This document shows positions 30,265 through 44,169 of a stretch of 64,000 bases of DNA, in pieces; position 1 is the first letter of the stretch, and each line of letters begins with the position of its first letter. Source of the DNA: Macrostomum lignano (taxonomy: Eukaryota). Both the position numbers and the translations under genes were made by a program. The stretch is from contig NIVC01001605.1 in the NCBI GenBank assembly GCA_002269645.1, positions 1 through 64,000 of the forward strand, written 5' to 3'. The notes below the pieces were generated by a model. That model saw only the letters and a program-made list of their open reading frames with translations, did not search any database and was not told the DNA's origin.

Positions 30265-31612
30265 ACATTGCCGGCAGACGTGAGCTTCAGCCTAGCACCA
30301 GTCAGCACAAGCCGACGTTGTGAAGCTCGCCCTACAGTCACCGGGCGGGAAAGCGCAGGGTCCGGACGAGGTGCCCATCGAGGCGCTGCGCATCCACTGT
30401 GTGGCCAGTGAGGGCGCCAGAGTGATGAATCGCGCGCTCTTCGGTGAGGAGGCACACAACAAATGGACCACGGCGCACATCGTCGCAGTTCCTAAGAAGC
30501 CGCGGGCACCACGAGGCTTGATGAGCATCGAGGTATCTGCATCCAGTCCTGCGCTGCGAAGTTGTTCAACCGGATGCTGCTATCGCGGTTGCAGCCCGTG
30601 CTGGATCCGTACCTGCGTTCTGAGCAGAACGGCTTTCGGCCACATCGCGGCACAGTGACGCACATTCTGGCTCTTCGGCGGGTCATCGAGGAAGCGCGGA
30701 TACGCCAGTTGATCCTGATTGTTATCTTCATAGATTTCAAGAAGGCATATTTGACTCGGTCGTCAGGTCTGTGCTTCCAAAGGTGCTCCGTGCGTAAAAC
30801 GTGCCAGAGCAGCTGATTTCCGCCATCATGGCGATGTACCCTGATACGAAAGCTGCTGTTTAAACACCGGACGGCCTATCGGACTTTTATGAGACATCCT
30901 CCGGGATGCTTCAGGGAGATACGCTTGCGCCGTTCCTGTTCGTTCTGGAGCTTGACTGGGTGCTGCGGACCGCTCTTCCTACCAACGACGACGGCTTTCT
31001 GTTGCGGCGACGCGTGGGTCGATGTCAACCGGAGAGGCGGTTTAGCGTGCTTGGCTACGCTGACGACATCGCCCTGCTGTCCTCAACTGTCGAGGGCGCC
31101 CAGCGACAAATGGACAAGCTAGTTGCTGTTGCGGCGAGTGTCGGCGTGGTGGTCATCGGCCTGGTGGACGACATCGAGACAGCGATTTTGTGCCGAGGCG
31201 CTGATGGACAGGCGACAAACTTCCGCGTGTCAGCAGTTCGTCTACCTCGGCGGTCTGGTTCCCGGCGTCTGCGAGGATTTGCGGCGTCGCCGCGGGCTTG
31301 CCTGGACTGCCTTTCGTTTCGCATGATGCTGGTCTGCTGCGCGCCGCCTTCAAGATCGGCTACTAGCGAGTGACCAACACGGCGCCGTCGTGGTCTGTCC
31401 AAGCGACCTGTTGCGCCGTCGGCGACTCCAGCTGGAAGACCACATCATCCACGACGAGTCGTACGCTGCTAACGCTGCTGCAGGCACCCTACCTGCGGGG
31501 GCAGGCGCGCACTCGGCGTTTCCTCGACTGCCCGCTGGCTGACGCCGGCGCCCCGGATTCGGCAGGCGGCGTGGCGTTCATTCGCGACCTGGCCTTGAAG
31601 CGCGCCCTGTGA
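30265..31612 (+). mobile_element. 5'-truncated, degenerate RTE/RTEX-like LINE (reverse transcriptase)
   Basis: Frameshifted pieces GKAQGPDEVPIEAL, RLQPVLDPYLRSEQNGFRPHRGT, FIDFKKAY, LQGDTLAPFLFVL and GYADDIALL. Same family as 61432-64000. Confidence 0.88.
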
Positions 31613-33636
31613 CGCTCACCGCATATTTTGTTGTTTTTTGTATTTACTAATGATACACAGAATACTAAGGAGATCGAATTGAAACGTAGTCGATCTTAGA
31701 AATAAGTATACAGTATTAAGAAGGCCGTGACCCTCTAATATTCGTAACGACTAAGGACTGGATGATTGAATACTTGGATACGAGCGTATCCACTGGGAAA
31801 TTCAAAACGAAGAGTTGTTCCAAGAGACACATTTACATGTGTAAGAACTTTCAGGCCAAATAGTAGACCGCTCGGTTACTAATTACGCTACCAGTAAGGA
31901 GTAAGAAATACTAGCTCAGATATATACTCAGACTTGTTCTCCAGACGTATTAGCCCTTTGATGTTAGCACTCAACTTCTCTATTCCTTTCCTAGTGTCTA
32001 GCAACAATGTTTCAATGGTGTCAATGTTCTGTCACACTCTCCTCCCATTGCTGTTATGCGGCCTATCGATTCTACGATAGGTGTCTCGTATTCTCCTTCA
32101 TGTCACCTCACAGAGGGCTTTGCATAGCGTTTCTATTTATAAGCGCTGCCTTTGTTCTATTGTGTCTGAACTGTCGCCTCTCTGACCTCCGAGCGCCTCT
32201 GCGCGCCCCGTTCCCAGCCTGACTCTCTTTCAAACACCAACTGCATTATAAAACATTGTGTACTTTTTTGGAGGCTGATTTCCTGGGAAAAAACACTGCA
32301 GAGATAAGAGAAAATGACTTTTTCATTACAGAATCAATACATGCTTACATTTGATGTGGGACAGTGTAGAGAGCCGCTAATCATACCGTATTGCACTACT
32401 TCAAGTAACATCTAAGAAAATCAATTAAAACTCGCAATCTATTTTTAGAATGAGTCATCATGCGTCATTCTATTTTAAAATATCTATTTTTAGAATGAGT
32501 CATGTGGAAACAGAAGTGACTCAGAGCCATACGTAGGACCAACGTTTATTTGATCAAGGAACTGGTTCTGGAGAGTTGTATTTGCTTAATTCCATATATG
32601 GTGATGATCAAACATTCATGACCCCTTAATCAAACACGCATGACCTAAATAAATAACCGGATTTTAAACCAGTTTTCACCAAAATTTTACCATAAATATA
32701 AGCGACTCGGAGCGGTCTCAAGGAAGACTTTGGAATCGTTAACTAAGAAGACCCATCTCTGAGAGAAGAAATCCTCAAAGAGATTGGTAAGCGTTACCCG
32801 ATTTAGTTCTTTGCTATAGCACTAATAAGTTGATTAATTGAGTTTACGAGAGCCACTTGTTGTCGACACATTTGAGAAAGGCCTCCTTGTTTCCTAGGAT
32901 ATATTCCTAGAGGATTATTGAGTTGATTTGAGTTATCCGTTACGTTTCGGACGTATCGAAGAAGACGCCCTTCAGGAGGACCTATTACAGAAAGTTAAAG
33001 AATTCAATTGTTCATAGGGGCGCACGTTCTATTGTTAATTCCGAGCTCGAGGACCGTCACAAGAATTCTGATTCGCACTCGTTTTGGTCGACCCACAGAT
33101 AAAGTTAAGGACTCCAGGAGACAACACAGCTGTTCACCGGAACCGGCCGCCACCGCTCAGCCAAGTCAGACAGCGCTACACACTACTCGTACAAGACCTC
33201 TGCAGTAAGAGTTATTCGAATTTGAAAATTCCTAGGCACTTGTTCCCCAGTGCCTAGGAGTGGGAGTTTTTGAGTGACTCATCACCACCCAATAAACTCT
33301 TCAACAGTATAAATTACCATTCTATTAATTTAGAATGCACACTCCAACCAATAAATTTGCGCTTAAGTTAGCAAAGTTGCAATCGCTGCAATCTTTTCTT
33401 CCTTTTTACATCAAGTATATTTGTAAAAAAAATTCGCATGCAGGTACTCTTAAGCCATGCAAGAATGCTAGTTATATTAACTAGACTAGAATATTAAATG
33501 TAGACAATTTATCAATATTGTTTTTCATATTGTTGTTGACCTATAGTCTTTGGAAAGCTTTTAATTTTTGAGCTAGGCCTAGTCCAGATTTTTATTACAA
33601 ATATACTTGATTTAAAAAGGAATAAATAAAAAATCA

Positions 33637-34770
<1,134 letters not shown>

Positions 34771-34789
34771 ACTCACACAGGAGTGTACA

Positions 34790-34988
34790 ACGGCCCTAAC
34801 TTTATTTTATCGTTAGGCATGTACACTTCACTGCGCCTTGGAGGGTTGGCTCTCAAGGCCGTTAATTGCACGAGCAGAGCCAAGCCGAGATTCCAATTCA
34901 GCCCCAAATTAATGTGACTGCACTTGGAATCGAGCCTGGGTCGCTGGCACACCAGAGCAGCTGCGCTACCGCTGGGCTACGGCCCCCC
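34790..34988 (-). mobile_element. tRNA-derived SINE
   Basis: The minus strand starts GGGGGCCGTAGCCCAGCGGTAGCG (A-box) .. GGCTCGATTCC (B-box variant) and ends in an A-rich ATAAAATAAA tail. Confidence 0.65.
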
Positions 34989-35581
34989 ACCGTGGCCCCT
35001 TTCTCCCTGCGAGAAGTGGCGTGGTGCAGGAGTCCGTTGACCTCGAGGTCAGGGTGCAGATTCACAGGATCTGCTACAGTTCATCCCCGGACTTGATGGC
35101 ACTGGCGGCCGGGATCCAGACGTGAAAGCACTGGGGCCCTTATTGCCGTAAAGACGAGTTTACCGAATAGAGATCAAATAAAAATCGACAAAGACGCCAA
35201 ACTTTGCTCGCATTTAAAGCATGAATGGTTCTGCCGAAACTATATACTAGTTGCAATGGTATTACATGCGTCTGCGACATGCAGAACATGCAGCTTCTTT
35301 AAATCTATAAAAACGAATAAGGGGGAACAACTGCTGTCCAACTCCAGATAAATCTTTTAGATCGCCATACAACAGCCTGCAACCCCAGCAAAAGTTGTTA
35401 GTCTCGTTTCCATCGGCAACTGGTGGCCCAGTAATTGGCCTCACGCCCTGCCGCCAATCCCCCCCCCCCCAGAACAGAAGCAGAGCAGCGGCTATAAACC
35501 TGTAGCAGCAAAGGCAGACAACTCATCTATAAGCTCTTGACTGCTCACACAAGCTCCGGAATCCAAAATCCAAGTTGCACC

Positions 35582-37746
35582 ATGACTGCAGCCCGCAGTG
35601 CAGCTCTGCTGGCTCTGCTGTCCGCCCTCTGCTGCCAGTCTGTCCGCTGCGCCACCTTCACGGTGCCAACTGTCAACCTCTGCGCTATCGAACTGCCCCT
35701 TCCAGGTGCAACCAATGCCACGTTCAAGGAGGTCTCCGGGGTCACGGATTATCGGATCTGCGCAGTGGAATGCGCGGCCAGAGGGCGGCTGAGTTGCTCC
35801 GTGTTCCAGATGCTGCATCCGGGAGACAAGGTCGGCTCGGTGACGCTGAGCAGCGGAAAGTGCGTGCTCGGCTCCTCGTGCGACCTCACCGATAAGTGGA
35901 AGTCGCAGTCGGGCTCGGGCTGTCTGACACAGCTGCTGGATAACCGGCCTGAATGCAGTGCGACAACAACGAAGACCGATTCGACCACAACTCCGACAAC
36001 AAAAACCACAACCCCGACAACAACGAGAACGACTCTGACAACAACAACGACAACTCCGACAATAACAACGGCCACAACACCGACAACAACGACAACGACT
36101 ACGACCACCCTGACCACAGCTCCGACAACAACAACGACCACAACTCCGACAACAACAAGGACCACAACTCCAACAACAACAACCACCTCAACTTCGATAA
36201 CAACGCCCACAACTCCGACAACAACAAGAAAAACTCCGAAAACAACAACGACAACTCCGACAACAACGACCACAACCCCGACAACAAAAACCGCTACCCC
36301 GACAACAACGAGAACGACTCCGACAACAAAAACAACCACAACTCCGACAACAACAACGACCACAACACCGACAACAACGACCACAACTCCGACAACAACA
36401 ACAATCAAAACTCCGACAAAAAAAAACAACCACAATTCCAAGAACAACACGAACAACTCCGACAACAACGACCACAACTCCGACAATAAAAACCACAACT
36501 CCGACAACAACAACGTCAACCCCGACAACAATGACCACAACTCCGACAACAACAACGTCAACCCCGACAACAATGACCACAACTCCGACAAGGAAAACAA
36601 CTCCGACAACAACAACAACCACAGCTCAGACAACAACGACCACAACTCCGACAACAACAACGACTACAACTCCGACAACGACGCCCACAACTCTGATAAC
36701 AACGACAACTCCTACAACAACAACAACGACAACTCCGACAACAACAACGACTGCTGCCCCGCAAGTGTTGACCGGTGAGTTATTTTTAGCTTAAGACTCA
36801 ATTGCGTTTAAAACACAGAAATATTTTTCTACATGCAAGTTTTGAGGTACAAAGTAGTCGAAATCTCATCGTTGTTTGATCTAATTTAAAAAGCAACCAA
36901 CTCGCTGAATCCAATGCAGCCCCGGCCGCTGCGACCACCCAGAGGGGCAGCCTCGTGACCCACTCAATCGACGCTACCGGCTGCTACAAGATCAGCGCTT
37001 GGGGCGCTCGAGGCGGCAGCGCCGGCGGCTCCACGGTCGGCGGCAAGGGCGCCCTCGCATCCGGCCACTTCAGACTGGACGCCGGAGTCACGCTGGCGAT
37101 TATCGTTGGCAAGGTCGGCAGCGACAAACTTGGCGGTGGAAATAACGCCGCTGGCGGCGGCGGTGGCACCTTCGTCTATGTCGACGGTAGCGACACGTCG
37201 TCAGCACTGCCGCTGGTTGCGGCCGGCGGCGGCGGCGGCAGCGGCTCCGGTGACGGCTGCGACGGAATCGACGGAAGCAGCGACCAGCCCGGGACGAGCG
37301 GCGGCGGCGACGGAGCGGGCGCTGGCGGCACAGACGGCAACGGTGGCCAAGCGAGGACATCGGGCAGAGGAAACGGCGGCGCCGGCGCCGGTTGGAGATC
37401 GGCAGGGGACGACGGCTCCGGCGGTAAGAAGGGCCACGGCGGTGAGAGCTTCGGCAGCAGCTGGAGCGGCGGCGACGGCGACGACGCGTTTGGCGGCTAC
37501 GGTGGTGGCGGCGGAGGCGGCGGCGGCGGCAGCAGCTCGGGCGGTGGCGGAGGCGGCGGCTTCTCGGGCGGCGGCGGCGGCTCCGGCAATTGCGGCGGCG
37601 GCGGCGGCGGTGGCAGCTTCGTGGCTACCGAGGCGACGAGCGTCGTGAAGACGAGCGGAGCGAACTCGGAGCCGAACGGTCGAGCGGAGGTGCAACTGGT
37701 TGGTCCGTCCACCGCACCGCCGTGTCTGCTCGACGGGTCGACTTGA
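35582..37746 (+). CDS. Secreted PAN-mucin-Gly-rich protein, paralog 2; exons 35582-36774, 36920-37746; longest stalk; +1 frameshift in an A9 run at 36418-36426
   Basis: Near-identical to paralog 1 in the PAN and Gly-rich parts with the same intron position. The Thr frame switches at the homopolymer. TATAAA at 35493-35498; GTTTCCATCGGCAAC upstream. Confidence 0.8.
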
Positions 37747-39909
37747 CTCAAGAAAAAGAAGCTGGATGTTCGAGTTTTACAACATCACATCTTCTCGAAA
37801 GTGTCAACTAAGCTGCTTCATACTAATTTACTAAGCTGAACTTTTTAAAGCCAAATAATTACCACCTACCGTTAATAATTTACCGTTTAAGACAAGGACT
37901 TTACGACGTGAACGGTTTAAGACGACAAACTGTTTTGTCGAAAGAAAATAAATAAATAAATAAATGAATAAATAAATAATACACCAGTGCACTAAAAACC
38001 CTGCTAATATCCTTACCTTTGGGTCGCATAAGCTGCCTAAATGATTTCTTATCTGATTAGTTAAAATATTGAAATAAAACTTGCTGTTATTACAATATTT
38101 TATGATAAAGCAAAATTAATATCCCTTTTTTCAGGTAAACAACTCCAAATGTTTCTGTGTAATAGTGTCGTCGTACTCAATCTTGTACGTCTTTAGCTTG
38201 GCCTCTCGGCTTGAGCGAGAATAGGAATAAGATCCTAACACTGTCTTCTTGAACAGTATGCATCTTGCTGCTGGAGGTTGGTTGCTGGGTTCCAACTGAG
38301 GAGCGCCCTTCATACCCCAAGCCAGAGGGAGGTTTTAGCTGCGAAGTTATCTTATATTCCTCTTCTCTGGTCAATTTTGTCTACCTTGGCATTAAAAGTG
38401 ACTGCTAAAACCACTGGGGAAGACAATTCGATGGATTGTCTTCAGGACTTCTCATCCCGACTCTATTCTTCTAAACTGCAAATAGTTTACGTCGTTTGAC
38501 AGGTGGAATTCACTGTTTCCTTTCACGTACATCATGCGCTTCCGAGCAATATAATTTTGTTACATCCACCGTTTCCAAGGTCGTAATTTGTGGAGCTACA
38601 ATGGGCATTTCTTTCGGCGCCATTGCTGACTCGTTTGGATCCCAATAAACTCGCTTCCAGAACTGCGTTGCCCTTAGCTTCGAATACTATATTTGAGCAT
38701 TAACCTTTCCCTCCACTGCAGAGCGGCTCTCTCGACCATCCGGGTGACTGCTTCTTACCACGTCAGCTCGGCCTCCCTAACCTCAATGTTTACAGTGTAC
38801 TTCAGTCATGAGAGATATATAGTTGCGGGAAATCTTAAGCGTTTCTTGTTAGCACTCAACCTCTCTATTCTTTTCCTAGTGTCTGATAACAATGTTTCTA
38901 TGGGGTCACTAAGCTGTCACTCAGTCTCCCATTACTGATATGGCCCTGTCGATTCTTTATCTTTCTTAATTTCTATGGGGTCACTAAGCTGTCACGCAGT
39001 CTCCCATTACTGATATGGCCCTGTCGATTCTATCCTTCAAGTCCCCTCTACAGAGGTTTGCATAGCGTTTCTATTTAAAAGCCCTGCCTTTGTTTTATTG
39101 TGTCAGAACTGTCGGCGCCTCTCTGATCTCCGAGCGCCTCTGTGCCCCCAGTTCCCAGCCTGCCTGAAACATCGTGTCATTTTTGGAGGCCAGTTTCTTT
39201 CAAAAACACGGAGGGATAAGAAAAAACTATTTCTTCATTACAAAACCAATTCTTTCAATTTAGCATGCACAGCATGTTGTTCTGTAGTATTTTATAGAGA
39301 TGTGCATTAAAAGTTTCATTTTCATATTGATGAATTATGAATTAATTTATATTTTCATAATTCATCAGATTAGCTATCCTGTCCTAATCTCAAGACCTGT
39401 CTAAATTATTAAATTAATACATGTAAGCTGAGTTCTCAACTGAGCAGCATTAAACAGCCGCCAAACTGTGTACACAACTTTCCTCGAATCTCCCATGCAA
39501 GTTTCACTTGCACAGCTCACACTCGGCACCGTGGGGGCATACATTACATAATCAACAAGCTGAGAAATTGGGTGCAACACAAGAAGGATGATAAAATTGT
39601 TTCATTTAGTTTTGTAAGCCCCACAGCAACATTCGACCTTCGAAACACTGTTGACTCTAGAAAAAGAGTTCTACAATATCACCATCTTCTTCTCCCTGCT
39701 AAGTGTCCTTTGGCTTTAATTTTCAAAGCTAATTAATTACCTGCATGCAGTTACCGTTGAAAACTTTCACCGTTTTAAGAGAGGAACTGTACCTTGAACG
39801 GTTCAATCAATATCAAATTTCTGCTTTCCACGGGGTATTTCGAAGGAAAATAAGATTCATAAATATACCAGTGCTCTAGAAACCTCGAGAATATTTTACT
39901 TTTCAGTCA

Positions 39910-40750
39910 CTTGACTTACTCGAGCTAGCGAGCTGCAGGGTGGTCCGTAGACTCAGCGGGGAGGTCGCCCATTCCGCTAGCCCCTGAAAGCCCGCAGACA
40001 GGCAGAGGGCAGGTCAAGGTGGTCCCCCGGTCCGTCCTGCAGCGTGATCTTCCGTAGGGGACAAAGTGGCTCGTATTGTCGCCCGAAGCAAACTGGATGA
40101 GCCGTGGGATGCTGGCGGGCTGGCAGACCTCGTCAATGGACGGAATCGGCCCGAGGTAGCGTAGCCGGTCTCTGTTGAAGAAAAAGCTGTCAAAGACAAA
40201 GTGCTCAGAACATTCGTTGTCGTATTCGCAAAAAGGTCAAAGTTCACATTCGAGGTCTCCTTGGATTAAGCAGTGTCTGGAGAGGTAGCCATGACCGGTA
40301 AGTGTCATGACCTGAGCGCGAATGTCCTTCCGGTTTTTGGTTCAGAAGGACCTTTCTGAGCCTGCGGGAGGGGCACGGAGCCGTTGCACGTGATTTCCGG
40401 CAGTTCTGGCTGCCCGCCCATCTGTGCCTGTGAGGGGAATCAGCCCAGTTATTGATCTGACGATTGATGACCGTAGAAGGGATAGGGGAACAGGGCTAGA
40501 GAAGGGGCCAGAGCCGCGTCTCTTGCAAGGGTGTCTGCCAACTCGTTCCTCGAAAACCTGCTTGATCTGGGATCCATTTCAGTCTGACAGTATTGCTACT
40601 GGCCAGGAGGTTGAGCTGCCGGGCGCAGTCAGCGACTATCCGGGACATCGCTGGTTGGCATCCAGCCGGGCTTGTTTCCTGGGGGGAGGGGAGGGGGGCA
40701 GGGGTCGCTATGGTTTTTTTTTTGGACCGACAGCAGCAGCCTCCCAAGGT
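39910..40750 (-). mobile_element. Second, more degenerate RNase H-bearing LINE 3' fragment
   Basis: SRIVADCARQLNLLASSNTVRLKWIPDQAGFRG resembles RNase H (V.L.WVPGH.GI.GNE). The 3' end (ACTTGACTTA..GAGCTGCAGGG) resembles 33655-33680. Confidence 0.55.
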
Positions 40751-41414
40751 TCCCCTGTAATATCTAACAATAAGTGCTGACTAACAGAACACTGTAATTA
40801 CTTGAGCAAGTAAGAATCTTAACACGACGACTGTGCGTTTCTATTTGCACCAAATAATAAATTACCTCAAGATTGAAAATAAAGAATAATATCTACTTAT
40901 TCTACATTTGCATATTTGTTTACTTTTAGTAGAGTAGTCAGAACACTTTGCAAATGCTTACATTTTCATTAATTAGTAAAATACGTCTGGCCGGAGGGCT
41001 CGCGGATGCGCGTCCAGGTTTGTCGCCAGACAAAAGGGCGGCGCTGGCGCCAGAATCACCGGCTGGAGTTGCCGGGGTCCCGGCTTCAGTGGATTACTTG
41101 AGGCGGTAAAAAATATTTCCTATTTCTAAGAAGTATCCTATTTTCAAGAAACATCCCATTTCTAAGAAATATTTCGGCACCATGGCCTGCTGCATGGCAC
41201 TGATTGGTCTGTCTGGCATTCCCTACCTGTCCACCGATCTGCTCACTATTGGCTACAGATTCGCTGGCCTGGGGATGTGTGGCTACGGCCAGTGAATCAT
41301 CTGGGCATTGCGCCACGACTTTCTTTCTTCTTGATGGGACTGTCCAATGGCCTTGACACCGTTTCATGTGTCTGTGCGATAGCTTTTCGTTGGGGTTTCG
41401 AGGCCTGGTAGGAT

Positions 41415-41772
41415 GCAGATTTGGGGATGTGCAGATTGAAGAATGTGCAGATTGGGGAATGTGCAGATTGGGGAATGTGCAGATTGGGGAATGTGCAAAT
41501 TGGGGAATGTGCAGATTGGGGAATGTGCAGATTGGGGAATGTGCAGATTGGGGAATGTGCAGATTGGGGAATGTGCAGATTGGGGAATGTGCAGATTGGG
41601 GAATGTGCAGATTGGGGAATGTGCAGATTGGGGAATGTGCAGATTGGGGAATGTGCAGATTAGGGAATGTGCAGATTGGGGAATGTGCAGATTGGGGAAT
41701 GTGCAGATTGGGGAATGTGCAGATTGGGGAATGTGCAAATTGGGGAATGTGCAGATTGGGGAATGTGCGGAT
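41415..41772. repeat. 16-nt G-rich minisatellite GGGGAATGTGCAGATT
   Basis: About 22 near-perfect copies. The 16-aa periodic ORFs equal three units. Confidence 0.95.
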
Positions 41773-42429
41773 TTGACATTCGACTAGCAAAGAGGCGAGC
41801 GCACACGCAGCACAGATGAGCAAAGAGCAGGGAATGTGCTCACAAAGAGTTCAAGGCAGCTCTGACTGTATCATGTTCAAGTAATGTAGACACTCTGAAT
41901 AGCCTTCATGTGCACTACTCGCGGTGAAAAGTCCCATGTCTTTTTTGTGCGACAGCCTCAAAAAGATTAATGTGGCCGCGCACTTTCAATCTGAGGCATT
42001 TTCCAATTTTTCTGCAAGGAATCTTCGAAAACTTGACTTAAGGCTCCAAATTTAAAAAAAAAACAAGACTATGGATAGCCTTGTCTTTAGAAAGCTATCA
42101 ATTTTTTAAGCTAAGGCCTAGCTTAAGGCTAAGAGTACTTGCAGTCAACATTTTTTTACAAATATTCAAGTAGATTCAGGATAGAAGAAGTTTGCAACTT
42201 TTGGCTTGGGGTGATGAAATACTCGTAAATACAACAGATTGGCATGCTTTGCATGTTAAATTAAGACAGATTTCGGCGATTTTTTCACCTCGATGGTCAG
42301 ATAAAGAATTTAGTTCATGGCTGAGAAAGTGGGGGGGAGGGGTATTTACCTTCATCAGAAACACTACACATGTAGCAGGGATTTTGCGTATTATGCTTCA
42401 TCAATTTTTGTTCCTGTTCTCTGAAGTTG

Positions 42430-42700
42430 TTTGATTAAGTTCTCAAGGATTAATAGGGATCGAGCGCGAGCAAATGAAATGCTCAGCAGCATTAAAAGTT
42501 GCCACATTTTGCCTCAGTCACAGACCAATAAGTATTCAGGCATTCAGGTTTCAGCCTTCTTGGATGTGCCGCACACGTTGAAGCTGATTCGAAACCATTG
42601 GCAGTCCCTGGCAATATTTTTTCGCCGAACAGAGGAAATAGTGAATGTAAATTTGTGTGGATGCTGCAGCAAGTACAGGAAAGCCACGGACTCAGACTGG
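42430..42700 (+). mobile_element. P-element/THAP9-type transposase relic
   Basis: ANEMLSS..QVSAFLDVPHTLKLIRNHW matches the D-x-x-H-x-x-K-L-x-R-N motif of P-element transposases. No TIRs were identified. Confidence 0.6.
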
Positions 42701-44169
42701 GCAATAAGTTTTTCTCAACATTTAGGGAGCGGCTGGTGCATGCCGGAGATGGGATAAATTTATATAAATAAATTAATATAATTTATACGCTCGTAGTCTT
42801 AGAACCAGGTGAAGGTGAGCGTAGCTATTCATGTACTCTTATTGGTGTTTGTATTCTATCTGCAACAACAAGAAAGGCCTCATTTTGTCTTACAAGTGTT
42901 TATTTTTGTTTTTGATCAATATGGGTAAACCAATAAAATAATGCTGCCCATTTAAACTGTTTAATTGCACATAAAGTTTGGGATAAATGGTTAGAAATCC
43001 ATATCCCACGGCAAAAGGCAACAATAATACAACAGGCCCCATGTTTGAGGGGTAGGAAGCGAAGCCCTTGTTATCGATCGTCAGGAGGTGGGAGCTGGGG
43101 TACTTGGTCTGGTTATTACTTATTTGTCTGTGGCCTCAGTAAGCAAATTCCCTTGGATCTCCCATGCAAGTTGTAAAACTCACACTTTACACCGCGATGG
43201 CCTTTTGTAGGGAGAGCAGTAGAAAATAGACCAAGAACAACAACTTTTTAAGAAGAATCACACGCAAGTTTTGTAGTTGTTTTCGTAATAAATTGACAGA
43301 TTGACTAATTGTAGTAAATGCCTATAGTTTATATACATATAGCGACACTGTTTTGCGATATTTGAACGTGTCAAATTATGGTTTATAGTTTCATTTAACT
43401 GGGAAAGTTTAAATTCACGTCTTCATTTAACTTATACATGATCATAATAATGTCAAAGTGCCCAGATTTTGCTCAACGTCGGTCTAACGATTGACTTATA
43501 AGGTATTAACCTAGCTATTAAAACTCAGAATTACATTACTCTGTAACACTGTTACGATAAAAATAGCCTTAGATAATCAATTAGCACACTGTCTGCTTCC
43601 CACTCCGTCACTAAGCCGTCCAACCCCTCATCAAATTATAAATAAGAAAAAACGACGCACCTAACTTGAATCACCGAGACGCTGCAGGGGTTCATAAAAC
43701 TTGAATAGAGCTTAGATACATAAAATTATCTCCTAAGCCTTGGGTAAGTGATCGGGGGTAGGGCAGGTCTAGTGCCATGCTTCATCAGGATCTCAGCAAG
43801 GGCATTTGTAGCAGCTGCGAGTATATGACTGCCCCACTGCTGCCAAATGATCCTAACCATCCAATTAGTAGGGGGCTGTCCCACCCCCTAGTCACCGTTG
43901 AATACAGGCAAAGCATTCATATGGCTCCGGTGCTGTTATCTCTCTGCTGTGATGGAGCAGAGAGGCGCGCCCCACCCAGCCGCAATATTTGTTAGTGGCC
44001 GTTTCCATTGGCAACTGGTGGCCCAGTGATTTGCCTCACCCCGTGCCGCCAACCCCATGCGCAGAAGCAGGAACCGCCGCTATAAACCTGCAGTAAAGAC
44101 AGGCAACTCATCACAGCTCTTGACTGCTCACAGAATCTCAACTCCGGAATCCAAAATCCAAGTTGCATC

